From the NCBI GenBank assembly GCA_041650835.1, contig JBAZKL010000006.1, positions 1,449 to 65,448 of the forward strand: a stretch of DNA of 64,000 nt, given 5' to 3'. A model generated the notes under the pieces. That model ran no database searches. It was not told the origin of the DNA and was given only the letters and a program-made list of their open reading frames with translations. Position numbers and translations under genes: made by a program. This stretch comes from Candidatus Omnitrophota bacterium. GTDB lineage: Bacteria > Omnitrophota > Gorgyraeia > Gygaellales > Profunditerraquicolaceae. This document shows, in pieces, positions 35,280-45,505 of this stretch. How positions within the stretch are numbered: position 1 is the stretch's first letter; each line of letters starts with the position of its first letter.

Positions 35280-37073
35280 CTACAAATCTTTAATAACTTC
35301 TTTCAAGATCGCGTTTGCTATATTTTCCGCTAAAAGCTGGTTACCTTTTCTCGTGCAATGGCCGAAGTCGCCGGCGAACATATCCACAAAAAGCGCGTTA
35401 AACCCTGATATTCGCACTGCTTCTTTAAAAACAGCCTCGTTATCCACAAAAACAACCCCCTCATCTTCTTCAAATATCTTTTTTAAAGGAGCAATATTAC
35501 GCATAGGATACTGAGAACAAACGAGTCTTACCCCCCTATTATCTAGAATTTTCTTAAGCTTATGATAGTTGTTCACGGTAATAGGCCTATAATATTTCAA
35601 TCTCAATCTGTTTAATTTTTCATCGTATTCTCCAGCTAATTCTTGATTGCCTACCACATCATATAATACTGAAACCGCGCCTATTGCCCGGTCGCTCTTA
35701 GGATCTAATTCTGCGGCTTTCTTGAACAGGTCTATTGCCTGTAAAAATTTGCCTTGCTTACAATAACACCATCCCAAACGGGCATATACATTACCATTGT
35801 TAGGGTTTACTTCAAGGGCTTTGTTTAATGCTTCTTCAGACTCCGGAAGCTTACCTTGGACATAATAAATAGCTCCTAATCCAGCGTACGCGCTATCGTT
35901 TCGAGGGTTTATTTCCAGGGCTTTCTCAAATGATCCCTTAGACTCAAGGAACTTGCCTTGGATTTGATAAATGATTCCTAACCCTGTGTATACTTTATCG
36001 TTTTGAGGATTTATTTCCAGGGCTTTCTTAAATGACCGCTCAGACTCAAGGAACTTACCTTGGATTTGATAAATAATTCCTAATCCTGTGTATGCTTTAT
36101 CGTTTTGAGGATTTATTTCGAGGGCCTTTCTGAACGATCGTTCAGACTCAGGATACTGAGCGAAGAATTCATAAATCAATCCTAACCCGAGGTATGCTTT
36201 ACTGTTCTCAGGGTTTATTTCTAAAGCTTTCTTGAATGACATTTCAGACTCAAGCAATTTTCCGTGGAGCTGATAAATAAATCCAAGTCCTGTGTGTGCT
36301 TCATCGTTTCGAGGGTTTATTTCCAGGGCTTTCCTGAATGACATTTCAGATTCAGGATACTTTTTATGGATTTGATAAACAGCCCCTAATTCCGCGTAGG
36401 CGTTATCATCTTGAGGGTTTAACTCTAAAGCTTTCTTAAAGGCGTTTTCGGATAAAACAACCTCGGCAGAAACATTTTGCGGTTGAGCTTCCAGGATATA
36501 ATCCTGAGCTCTTGCGAAACGCCCGATATATTCGTTACGATTATAAAGCCTTACCTCCTTAGTTTTAGCCTGAAAATGCAACCAAAGCAGCCTTGTTAGC
36601 TTATAGATCTTAAGTGATTTAACGAAATGTCCTGTTTTTGCAGGAGAGGCTGCGTCTATGGAGATATACTGTCCCGGGTCATTGACCCCCATCATCGCAA
36701 TCACCAGGTCAGGATGATATTCATCAAGGTAAGATTCCACCTGGCTTACTATAACCGTAGTGACCGTAGCCGGTTTGCCTTTATCTATTACGCTAAACCG
36801 CACTCCTTCGTGGCGCTGATTCAAGATTTTTTCAAGATGCTGGGGGTATTGTTTTGCAGTCGTAGACTCACCCAGGCATAAAATACGATAAACGCCTTTT
36901 TCTTTGATACTGCGCCAGTTCCCGTATTCCTGCGCAAATGTTAAAATTGCCCCTCCCGCGCGTAACCCCGCCTCAAGAAGCGCAAGAAATAAAAAAATCC
37001 CCGTTATAATCAGGGTAATCTTTGTTTTAAGAGTTGTTTTTATTTTTACAGGAATATTCTTTTGCATGAACAA
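35280..37073 (-). CDS. Membrane-anchored SGNH/GDSL-type hydrolase interrupted by a ~280-aa TPR-repeat array
   Basis: N-terminal TM helix. SGNH block I RILCLGESTT and block III AMMGVNDPG in the first 135 aa. About eight 34-aa TPR units in the middle (...ALEINP.N..AY.GLG.IY...). Block V GDFGHCT near the C-terminus. Confidence 0.8.
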   Translation of the reverse strand: MFMQKNIPVKIKTTLKTKITLIITGIFLFLALLEAGLRAGGAILTFAQEYGNWRSIKEKGVYRILCLGESTTAKQYPQHLEKILNQRHEGVRFSVIDKGKPATVTTVIVSQVESYLDEYHPDLVIAMMGVNDPGQYISIDAASPAKTGHFVKSLKIYKLTRLLWLHFQAKTKEVRLYNRNEYIGRFARAQDYILEAQPQNVSAEVVLSENAFKKALELNPQDDNAYAELGAVYQIHKKYPESEMSFRKALEINPRNDEAHTGLGFIYQLHGKLLESEMSFKKALEINPENSKAYLGLGLIYEFFAQYPESERSFRKALEINPQNDKAYTGLGIIYQIQGKFLESERSFKKALEINPQNDKVYTGLGIIYQIQGKFLESKGSFEKALEINPRNDSAYAGLGAIYYVQGKLPESEEALNKALEVNPNNGNVYARLGWCYCKQGKFLQAIDLFKKAAELDPKSDRAIGAVSVLYDVVGNQELAGEYDEKLNRLRLKYYRPITVNNYHKLKKILDNRGVRLVCSQYPMRNIAPLKKIFEEDEGVVFVDNEAVFKEAVRISGFNALFVDMFAGDFGHCTRKGNQLLAENIANAILKEVIKDL

Positions 37074-37136
37074 TATCGAAGAAATACGCGTAATTCAGCG
37101 GCGGGATCACCGCAACGAAGAGATCTTTAAAGGTGC

Positions 37137-38834
37137 CTAACCGGTGCTGCCCTGAGAAACATCTTCAAGACCCTCAAACACTGTAAGCGTAAACTCAAGA
37201 GGCACGTGCCCCATGCTGCTTTGTGCCTGGCGGTTAACACCGATACTCACCCGTTTTTTGTCAACCCCTTCGGTAATGAAAAAATCATAGACCAGCTGCG
37301 CGCGCGCTTGAGCAAGCGCGTCCAGGGCTGCCTGGTCTTTGGGAGCATCTTCGATCAACCGGCGTTTCAATTCCGCGGAAATTTCCGCTTCATCAAGCTT
37401 ACCCGGCGCGGCTTTAAACTTCCTCTCCAGATCCCAATAAGAACGGACCCCGAAAAACTCAACATAGAGCTGCTGCATTAAACGGCTGTCGGAGCGGGTC
37501 CACTCCTTACGCATCGCTTCAAACTTATTCTGAAACGTTTCCTGGCGTATAGCCTTCCAATCCGCTTTAACATCATACGTGCCGTTAATTTCCAACCGCA
37601 ACCGCGGCCGCTCTTTTAACCCCGCTGCCAACACCTGTAACCGCTGCTTATCATCCGCCGGCAGATCAGCTTTCCCCGGGCTAAATCGCACCGTACCCAT
37701 CTCTTCGGTACCGGACTCTGAACCCGCGATTGACACTAAAAACATCAATGGCTTCGTTACGATCTTTAAGAAAAAGTTCCTCACCACCTGGCCGAGAAGA
37801 TGGAAATACTCGAATTTCGGGTCGCTCATGTCTCCTGCAACCGGCAATGAAATATTAATACGCCCCTGAGGGTCCTCTAAAAGCCCCACTGCCAGCCCAA
37901 AGGGCAGGTTTAACGCGTCTTTACTGGGGACTTTCGCTCCGAAATTAAAACGCTGGACCAAAAGCTTATGGGCGGCTTTCAGCTGATTGTCCGCGATAGA
38001 ATAGTCCATTTTCAAATCCAATTTGCCTTCCTTGACCGCGCGACCGGTATATTTTCCCACATAGGGAGTCAATACCTGCAACATATAATTATTAAGGGAA
38101 AACGCCATTTCAACCGCGGGCGGCTGGACAAAAGGCCGGACCAGTATTTCAGTAGCGATAGTGCCTTTTTTATCAAGCGCGGCTTGAAAAACGACTTTTA
38201 CTTCCGCGGAAGGCAGCGTGGAAACGCCGCTCACCCGGATGTTAATGTCACTTAATGAAGTCCTAAAATTAGGTTCTACGCTTCGGTCAACAAACCCGAC
38301 ACTACTCCGCTTTAATTCAATAGAATCAACGATCACGAGCGGCAGCGGTTTAGCGGCAACCGCCGGAACTCCGGCTGTTTTTTCATCAGGAGCTTTCTTC
38401 TCCGCGGCAGGCTGCTTCGGCGGCCCGGGCGGCGGCATCGGCACCAGATCAAGCAGATTAATACGGCCGTCGGCCAAAAGGACCGTGTTAACCAGCAAAC
38501 CGTCAAAGCCCAATGATTCAACGCGAAGTTCTTTACTGAAGAACTTGATAAAACTTACATCAACCCAAAACTTTTCAAACCCGGCCATTACCTGTTTATC
38601 GCCGTTGAGAACGGCAAAATCTTTAACGCTCAAACGCAGCAAAAACGGGTTAAAGAAAACAGAGCGTATTTGAACAGGATGTTTAAGCAGTTTAGCCCCC
38701 TGGCTTCTAACTGCCCAGGGAGCCCCGAGAGGGATGACGGCGAAAGAGAAAAATAAATAAAAAAGAAAGATACCGAGTACGACCTTGACCGTAATTACCA
38801 GGATCTTTATTAATACCGCTAAGATTTTTACCAT
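37137..38834 (-). CDS. N-terminally membrane-anchored large protein of unknown function (possibly AsmA/DUF748-like)
   Basis: 565 aa. Hydrophobic N-terminus, beta-rich body, Pro/Ala-rich linker (PPPGPPKQPAAEKKAPDEK). No catalytic motif recognised. Confidence 0.7.
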   Translation of the reverse strand: MVKILAVLIKILVITVKVVLGIFLFYLFFSFAVIPLGAPWAVRSQGAKLLKHPVQIRSVFFNPFLLRLSVKDFAVLNGDKQVMAGFEKFWVDVSFIKFFSKELRVESLGFDGLLVNTVLLADGRINLLDLVPMPPPGPPKQPAAEKKAPDEKTAGVPAVAAKPLPLVIVDSIELKRSSVGFVDRSVEPNFRTSLSDINIRVSGVSTLPSAEVKVVFQAALDKKGTIATEILVRPFVQPPAVEMAFSLNNYMLQVLTPYVGKYTGRAVKEGKLDLKMDYSIADNQLKAAHKLLVQRFNFGAKVPSKDALNLPFGLAVGLLEDPQGRINISLPVAGDMSDPKFEYFHLLGQVVRNFFLKIVTKPLMFLVSIAGSESGTEEMGTVRFSPGKADLPADDKQRLQVLAAGLKERPRLRLEINGTYDVKADWKAIRQETFQNKFEAMRKEWTRSDSRLMQQLYVEFFGVRSYWDLERKFKAAPGKLDEAEISAELKRRLIEDAPKDQAALDALAQARAQLVYDFFITEGVDKKRVSIGVNRQAQSSMGHVPLEFTLTVFEGLEDVSQGSTG

Positions 38835-38943
38835 GGTTTTATTATATCATGAAATCATTCTTACCGATAGAAAAGTGGCCCAATGAAGGGCTAATTTCTT
38901 AAGTAAGAAATCAGCCCTTCATTGGTAGTAACGTTTAAAACAC

Positions 38944-39426
38944 TTAATTAGCTTTCATTTCAGCTTCTGCCGGTTTTTCCTTTAATCCCTGTTTCATACA
39001 ACCATCCTTCATCTTCCGGCACATCGGGCAGTTTTCGCACATCTGCATCATCATTTTCTGCATACCCTCCATATCCTGTTTGATCTCCACTTCTTTTATC
39101 AAGCCTAAAGTTTTATCAAACTTCATAAGCCTATTGCCGATCAAAACAACCACACCGCCGTCGTTGGTGGCAGTCATTACCTTGCCCGCGAAGGATTTCA
39201 TCATCATTTCATGCATAGGACACATGCCTTTTTTCATCTTCCCATGGCGCATCATCATCTCGTCATCACCCATCGCGGCGGCCTTGCCCTCAGGCGCTTG
39301 CATCATCTGCTCATGCATCTTCGGGTCCATCTTTGCGGTATCCTGTGCGAAAACAGGCAGAGAAAACATTACCAACGAAATAGCCAAAAACAACACAACT
39401 ATTACCGTCCTCATACTTACCTCCAT
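38944..39426 (-). CDS. Secreted methionine/histidine-rich protein, probable periplasmic Cu(I)/Ag(I)-binding protein
   Basis: Signal peptide MRTVIVVLFLAISLVMFSLPVFA. Mature part is ~20% Met with MxxM/MxxxM and HxxM motifs (MHEQMMQ, DDEMMMRHGKM, CPMHEMMMK), plus a C-terminal Cys cluster CENCPMCRKMKDGC. Confidence 0.7.
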   Translation of the reverse strand: MEVSMRTVIVVLFLAISLVMFSLPVFAQDTAKMDPKMHEQMMQAPEGKAAAMGDDEMMMRHGKMKKGMCPMHEMMMKSFAGKVMTATNDGGVVVLIGNRLMKFDKTLGLIKEVEIKQDMEGMQKMMMQMCENCPMCRKMKDGCMKQGLKEKPAEAEMKAN

Positions 39427-39768
39427 TGTTTACCGTTAAAGATCTTGCTCTACTCTTAAAAGCTGCTTAAGATCCTTTATCATCATAGTACAAGATTTTC
39501 TAAATATGTAAATGATTCCAAGGCACCTTTAATTGACTTTTGAGCACCTTAAAGCTTTATTTAGTGTCACCCGGCGCTTTCGCACCTTGGCATAAATGAT
39601 TGCCAAGTGCGCGCTTTCTGCGTAGGAATTGCGCCGGTATGCGGCTTTCTGCCGCAAATCCTCCGAAGCACGCCGTCAGTGTTTTAGTAATGAATTTAAA
39701 GTGCGTAGGAGGATGAACACCCTCCCATCTTCAACCTTCTCTCCTAAATAATCAGGAGTGAACCTTTT

Positions 39769-41916
39769 TTAAGGATGATCGATTTTGTCCGGCTGGACGA
39801 ATGGAAGCGTAATCGTAAAGGTAGAGCCCTCGCCATACTTTGATACAAGATCAAGCTCGCCATGATGAGCGGCAATTATTTTTTGGATGACAAAGAGGCC
39901 AAGGCCAGCCCCTTTATACGCTGTGGCTTTACTGGTAAAGTAGGGGACAAAGATTTGCTTCTGAGTCTCTTCATCCATACCGGTCCCATTATCACGGATT
40001 TGTATACGCATCCGCGCGTTAACCTGCTCTACACAAATAATAATTCTCCCTTTATAATCAACCGGATTTACGAGTTTCCCATCCTGGATAAGTTTTTCTT
40101 TATGAGCGACAGCGTCATGCGCGTTATCGATAAGATTGTAAAACACATCCTGCAACAGGACAAAGTCACCCTGTATTCGCGGTAAATCTCCGGGGATTTG
40201 TTTTTCAATGAGATCTCCGGGGAAAGAAGTCTTAATCCTGACCATTTCAATAGCCCGATCAAGCGGTTCTCGCAGGTCAAACTCCTTAGCCTCTCTCTTC
40301 ACTTTTCCCGGCTGAGAGAAATCAAGAAAGTCGTTGACGATCTTACCCCCATGCTTGACATTCTCCAATATACGTGTCAACGCGTGTTTTATCGACCCCA
40401 TATTATCTTTTACTTCCTGAGAACAACTGCTGATATCAGTAAAATTAAAGGTGTCGATCGCATCTGCTGCCGCTAAGGCAAGGGCGTGAAAACGGTTATT
40501 CAGCTGATGGGACATCCCTCCTGCCATGGTGCCCATGGATGCCATACGCTCCGCGGCGAACAACTGGGCCTGGGTCTTCTGCGATTCGATTATAAACTCC
40601 GTATTTTCTATTGCTAAAGCCATTTGATTAGCCAAAATCCCGAATACCGCGGCGTCATCTTCCGTATACACAGCACCGGATTGTTTTGGGCCAAGGATAA
40701 GAAAACCTAAAAGCCGGGCACGGACAAACGCCGGAACGAGCAATCCGGTATGCAAATTTAATACACTCTTTACCTCTGGTTTCAGCTCTTCCAAAAAGAT
40801 CGATTTACGTTTTTGCCTGATATACGAAAGAATCGCGGAATTTCCCAATAGATCAATCGGTAGTTGCGCGGCAAAGTCTGATCTCAAATACGGGAACTTT
40901 TTGACAAACCTATGATCAACTGCTTCGAGATAAATACAGGCGAATTTTACCTTAACTGCGCGCGCGACGCGGTAAACGATAAGTTTAAGCAAACGGTCGA
41001 GATCCTTGATCAACGTCAACGTAGAAGACAATTCCGTCAGGATATTTTGGTAATGCCGTTGCTCCTGTAATATCACCGCTTCCGCTCTTTTTCTTAAAAC
41101 CTGGAATATAAGCGGGCCCAGCGAAGCGAGGATAACTGCTATACTCGTAGATATAAGCCAGGATTTGGTAATGCTGCCTATCCAAAACGGAACCCCTAAA
41201 ACCAAAGCGTAAACAAATAAAAATATTCCGGTACGAGTAAGGATAATACTAATATCCATCATACGTAAACGGACTACCGCATAAGCCATCATGCCGACAA
41301 AAAGAGGAACCAGAATGTTTCCATAAGGAGGGATGTGAATATCATACCACAAAAAATAGTTTGTTGAACCGCCCCCATATCCAATAAGAATACTAAACAG
41401 TACATATTTAACCTGCTGTCTTTTTAAACCTGCAAAGTTCCTATAATTTTTAATGAGCAAATAACATGGATATATACAATACCAAAGCCATATTAGTAAG
41501 AAAACACTAAACAAAAGCCCAGGCACTGGCCAAAATTTAAAAAACATTTTTTGCTGAACATCGTGAACAAACCAAGGCGTAAAATCGGATAAGAAAAACA
41601 AGACGAAGATTAAATATCCCACTTTTACAACTTTTTTGCTCTTATCATATAGCTCCAACAATAACAAAACAAAATGCAAAAAAGTAATCGGAATAAATAT
41701 TGCGCCCGCCATCAAACAGCGCGTCCAAAACAATGCAACATTTCGATCTTCCGCAATCTGCCAAAGAAAATAAAAAAAGCTCCAAAATGCGACAAAGAAA
41801 CAAAAAGAAGCATACCTTATGTTTATTTCTCTTGTCTTATTCTTAAAATAGACCAACATTCCCAAGACAAGAATACAAACCGAGTTAATCAAACCACTTA
41901 AAGCAAAAATATTCAT
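39769..41916 (-). CDS. Sensor histidine kinase with N-terminal 7-8 TM sensor domain, GAF/PAS-like linker, HisKA and HATPase_c
   Basis: About 280 aa of polytopic N-terminus. H-box GGMSHQLNN. C-terminal N/G1/G2 boxes (DNAHDAV, RDNGTGMD, GAGLGLFVIQKII). Confidence 0.9.
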   Translation of the reverse strand: MNIFALSGLINSVCILVLGMLVYFKNKTREINIRYASFCFFVAFWSFFYFLWQIAEDRNVALFWTRCLMAGAIFIPITFLHFVLLLLELYDKSKKVVKVGYLIFVLFFLSDFTPWFVHDVQQKMFFKFWPVPGLLFSVFLLIWLWYCIYPCYLLIKNYRNFAGLKRQQVKYVLFSILIGYGGGSTNYFLWYDIHIPPYGNILVPLFVGMMAYAVVRLRMMDISIILTRTGIFLFVYALVLGVPFWIGSITKSWLISTSIAVILASLGPLIFQVLRKRAEAVILQEQRHYQNILTELSSTLTLIKDLDRLLKLIVYRVARAVKVKFACIYLEAVDHRFVKKFPYLRSDFAAQLPIDLLGNSAILSYIRQKRKSIFLEELKPEVKSVLNLHTGLLVPAFVRARLLGFLILGPKQSGAVYTEDDAAVFGILANQMALAIENTEFIIESQKTQAQLFAAERMASMGTMAGGMSHQLNNRFHALALAAADAIDTFNFTDISSCSQEVKDNMGSIKHALTRILENVKHGGKIVNDFLDFSQPGKVKREAKEFDLREPLDRAIEMVRIKTSFPGDLIEKQIPGDLPRIQGDFVLLQDVFYNLIDNAHDAVAHKEKLIQDGKLVNPVDYKGRIIICVEQVNARMRIQIRDNGTGMDEETQKQIFVPYFTSKATAYKGAGLGLFVIQKIIAAHHGELDLVSKYGEGSTFTITLPFVQPDKIDHP

Positions 41917-41932
41917 ATTTACTATAACAGGA

Positions 41933-42964
41933 TTAGCTTCCCCTCAAGGAGGCAATTATGTATTGCATTATACCTTGCTGTTCATACAAAGTTTCTAACT
42001 CACTATCAATAAAACCAGCTTCTAGAAAAATCCGCTTAAACTCATCTTCATTGCGATAAACCAAACTCCAATCTGCAGCCCATTCCATGTAATGAACAGA
42101 CGGGTTACAATATTTATTACTCATTGTCGAAATTGCAAGTTTACCACCGACATTTAATAGTTTTCTAAAATTAGAAACTAATGCAATACCAATTCTTTCA
42201 TTAAAATAATCAAAAAGCCCGGTAGAATAAATCAAATCGTATTGTTTATCAATAAGTCCATATATGTTTTTTCTAAAGGCAATTCTTATCGCATTTTCGT
42301 TATAAAAATTTATATTGGGACATTCTCCCATTAAATGCTTAGCATATTCAATAGCTCTATCATCGTGATCATAACAGTCAAAAATCACGTTTTTATACAA
42401 AGCCGGGGCGGAGGAAATGATCTCCTTTAAATCTCGGCAAGGCCCTGAAGCTAAATACATTATTCTCAATTTACGATCAACCTTACCTGACACAAAACTA
42501 GCAATTATTCTTTTAAAATCTTCTTTTCGATTTCTCACCGCAACAGCAATCGCTGACATCATACAATAATTATCAAAAAGACGCACAAAACCAGTGGACA
42601 CAGGATTATTCTGGTAAATTTCGTCAATTATCTTAAAATCACCCGCATAACCAAACGGCTTTCGGAAAGCCCATTCATTATAAGCTCCTTTAAGAAAAAG
42701 CTCTCTGATTCGAGAAATGAAAATGCGCTTGAGCTTATAAACCTTTTCTTCATTACCTGAAGCTAAATTTATCCTCTCAAAATCCATAATATCTCGAAAC
42801 ACATTATTAACCTCAGCATTAAATTCACCCTGAAACTTCCCCCACTCATTTGGGTTACGAAGCAAATAAGCTTCTATTTCAGCGGCTCTTTTTTTGTAAA
42901 GTTTAAGCTTAATTCTTAAAGATGGTTCTATTTTATAGGAATCTAGAACAATATCCATAACCAA
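41933..42964 (-). CDS. Class I SAM-dependent methyltransferase
   Basis: Motif I-like MYLASGPCRDL, motif II-like DLIYSTGLFDYF, and LLNVGGKLAI. 343 aa with an N-terminal helical extension. Lies between the response regulator and kinase genes. Confidence 0.55.
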   Translation of the reverse strand: MVMDIVLDSYKIEPSLRIKLKLYKKRAAEIEAYLLRNPNEWGKFQGEFNAEVNNVFRDIMDFERINLASGNEEKVYKLKRIFISRIRELFLKGAYNEWAFRKPFGYAGDFKIIDEIYQNNPVSTGFVRLFDNYCMMSAIAVAVRNRKEDFKRIIASFVSGKVDRKLRIMYLASGPCRDLKEIISSAPALYKNVIFDCYDHDDRAIEYAKHLMGECPNINFYNENAIRIAFRKNIYGLIDKQYDLIYSTGLFDYFNERIGIALVSNFRKLLNVGGKLAISTMSNKYCNPSVHYMEWAADWSLVYRNEDEFKRIFLEAGFIDSELETLYEQQGIMQYIIASLRGS

Positions 42965-42972
42965 ACTCCAAG

Positions 42973-43347
42973 TTAATCCAGAGCTTTCTTAATCGTATCA
43001 AGTAATTTATCTATATCAAAAGGTTTATAAATATATGCAACTGGCTCAAGTTTTTTTGCTTTTGCTTCAACTTCTTCGTCTGCGTAACCCGTTATAAAAA
43101 TCACAGGGATCCTTTTATTTTTCTCCTTTGACTGATTTATATAAATCTGGGTTAATGTTTCTACACCATTCATTCCCGGCATACGAATATCTGCTAAAAC
43201 AAGGTCAAAATCCTCTTCTTCTGTCATTATAAGCGCATCTTGGCTATTTTTAGTAACAAAGACTTCATATCCGTTCTTCTCAAGTAACTTTGAAAGAGAC
43301 TTAATTATCAACTCCTCATCATCAATTACCAGGATCTTCTTTGCCAT
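42973..43347 (-). CDS. Single-domain response regulator (CheY-like receiver)
   Basis: 124 aa. KILVIDDE... phospho-acceptor region DLVLADIRMPGMNG and a conserved K (YIYKPF). Confidence 0.9.
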   Translation of the reverse strand: MAKKILVIDDEELIIKSLSKLLEKNGYEVFVTKNSQDALIMTEEEDFDLVLADIRMPGMNGVETLTQIYINQSKEKNKRIPVIFITGYADEEVEAKAKKLEPVAYIYKPFDIDKLLDTIKKALD

Positions 43348-43579
43348 CGTAAATTCTCCTATTTATGATAAAAAAACGCTTTAACCCGCTGTAATTATTA
43401 CTATTATAATTATAACATATTGAACAAGTTAGACAAATAAAGAAAAACATGACACCCCTATTTCCGGGAACATGCTTATACTTGCGGCAGTTTTACATCG
43501 ATAAAGATTATTTCAGGTTGTGTAGAAATATTACAATGAATTACTTCCAGTGCTTAGAAGTAAATAAGTGCGGGCTGAG

Positions 43580-44194
43580 CTATCTCGCAAACTCAAAAAC
43601 GGCCATTTGCTCACTACTCAGATTTTTCAATCGTATCACAAAACTTTCGCCTTTAACCCTGCTGTCGAAATACAGGAACCCCGATAACGTCTCTTCGGGT
43701 AAAATATCCCTTTCGTCTATTTCTTTTTTAACATAATCCGCCCTCATAAGTTTATTGGCGTTTACCGCGCCCAATCCCCCCACTAAAGCAGGGATCAAAA
43801 ACGGCCATAAAAAAACCGAGACAATAAAGGGAGAAAAAGGCAACACCCTCCAGAATACGCTGAATTTACCTTTATCCGCGGTTTCATTCGCAGAGAACAA
43901 AGACTTATTAACAGAATTCTTTCTGAATTGGTAAGTATCCTGGCTCTTATTGTTTATTACGATATATACGGGGGCGACAAAATGTTTATGGATATTTCTT
44001 TTAAAAGTTGCCCTGATCTCCTTTGGGCCGAGTTCTCTGACCCCGACCGTAACACCTGAATCTTGTTTGGTATGAACAGAAGCATTAATATCCGAAAGCG
44101 GGCTCACTCCCGGGGAATAAGAAGCACACCCGGAAAACAATAAAGTAACCGGGATAACCAGGGACAGACAAATTACTTTTCTTAAATTAACCAT
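43580..44194 (-). CDS. Lipoprotein of unknown function
   Basis: Signal peptide plus lipobox LLFSGC. 204 aa with no recognisable domain. Confidence 0.65.
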   Translation of the reverse strand: MVNLRKVICLSLVIPVTLLFSGCASYSPGVSPLSDINASVHTKQDSGVTVGVRELGPKEIRATFKRNIHKHFVAPVYIVINNKSQDTYQFRKNSVNKSLFSANETADKGKFSVFWRVLPFSPFIVSVFLWPFLIPALVGGLGAVNANKLMRADYVKKEIDERDILPEETLSGFLYFDSRVKGESFVIRLKNLSSEQMAVFEFAR

Positions 44195-44448
44195 TTAGCT
44201 CTTCCGGTAACAAAACGAAGCAACTCTGTTTTAGAGAAGTGTCTTAAATCAATCTGAAATCAAACATCATCCCTAATATTGCTTTGTTTAGCAATATTTT
44301 CTCAAATTAACGGGCAATTTTTCTTCCAAACATCTAAAATAGCCTTAATTCATATTTATATTATACCAAATGCATCAAATCTATCAAGCTGAATATTCAA
44401 CTTATAGTTGACGCAGCTCATATCTCTCTCAACCTAAAATTGAAATAA

Positions 44449-44492
44449 GAAATCCCCTCAGAACTTAATCTAAGGGGATTTCTTATTTTATT
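44449..44492. terminator. Bidirectional intrinsic terminator between the secreted-protein and lipoprotein genes
   Basis: Stem agaaatcccct / aggggatttct (11 bp) with a 13-nt loop. T-rich on both sides (ttattttatt downstream on the plus strand). Confidence 0.5.
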
Positions 44493-44524
44493 CAGGACAA
44501 TACCCTTAATCTTGATAGTAGGAG

Positions 44525-45505
44525 TTACTTACGTACCATTTCAAAGTCAACCTGCGATATCTGATCCGCCCTTGTATCGACGCCTCTTGATTGCATAAGG
44601 TACGGGGTCCTGGCATTGACTTCAGTATGCGCGCCATGTGTCCTTACGCCGTAGGTCCCTGTTTCAGAGATGCTTTGCTTGTACGTTCCCAGGGAGTTAG
44701 TGACTACCGTATCATAGCACCACGGGCACCACGTAGGCGAAGTTATATACATCTTGGCAAAAGGTATCGGCTTGCCGGTTGAAATGTCGACGACAGTCCC
44801 ATGGATATAGCCGGATTTCTTATTGGAGACCAGCGCATAATGCAGCGCATACGCGGAGCCTCTCTTCACCGTGAGTAACGACGTCTTAGGGTTATACCTG
44901 GTCTCGTTGTAATACTTGGGAGATTTCACATAGATCGCGCTTGGAGAAGTGGCCACATCATGCAATATTTCGAAGGTGCCGTCGGAATTCGCCCAATACG
45001 TGTCCGCATCCAATTCCTGCTGCGTATTATCCCAGATATTTATATCGCCGTTGATGGGAAGTCCGGTCTCCGCATCCTTGATCTGTCCTTTTAGCAATAC
45101 CGCGTTAGGATGATTTTTCATCTTAATATTCAAACAATAAGAGGCGTTATTTACCGGAGGTTTATCATAGAAACCGATAGATTGGGAACCTTCTTTAAAA
45201 GGCAGACTGCTGGTCTTTATTGCCCTTGCGACAAACTTGACTTCCACGATAGCAGGGAAATAGATGTAGGCCGTATAATTCCCCTTTGCATCGGTAGTTA
45301 CCGTCTTTGTCGCCCATGGAAATTCAGGCTGTTCACCAAGGTCTGCCACTTGGATCATCACTTTAACGGAAGCCTCCGGTGTAACGCCGTCCGGACCGAC
45401 CACTTTCCCATATACCTTTGCTATACCCGCCTCAGCCGATACAACGCCTGCAATACAACTGCACAAAATCACTGCGATCACCACCAACAGCACTCTCTTA
45501 CCCAT
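44525..45505 (-). CDS. Secreted protein with repeated beta-sandwich (carboxypeptidase-regulatory-like) domains
   Basis: Signal peptide MGKRVLLVVIAVILCSCIAGVVSA. Repeated G.V.D...G.P. segments (KVYGKVVGPDGVTPEASVKV, IHGTVVDISTGKPIPFAKM) typical of CarbopepD_reg-like folds. Confidence 0.6.
   Translation of the reverse strand: MGKRVLLVVIAVILCSCIAGVVSAEAGIAKVYGKVVGPDGVTPEASVKVMIQVADLGEQPEFPWATKTVTTDAKGNYTAYIYFPAIVEVKFVARAIKTSSLPFKEGSQSIGFYDKPPVNNASYCLNIKMKNHPNAVLLKGQIKDAETGLPINGDINIWDNTQQELDADTYWANSDGTFEILHDVATSPSAIYVKSPKYYNETRYNPKTSLLTVKRGSAYALHYALVSNKKSGYIHGTVVDISTGKPIPFAKMYITSPTWCPWCYDTVVTNSLGTYKQSISETGTYGVRTHGAHTEVNARTPYLMQSRGVDTRADQISQVDFEMVRK

Noticed and set aside
39584-39604. Sigma54-like TGGCAT...TTGC element upstream of the Met-rich protein gene
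   Set aside because: GG-to-GC spacing is one nt longer than consensus, and it is on the plus strand, pointing away from the minus-strand gene it would have to drive.
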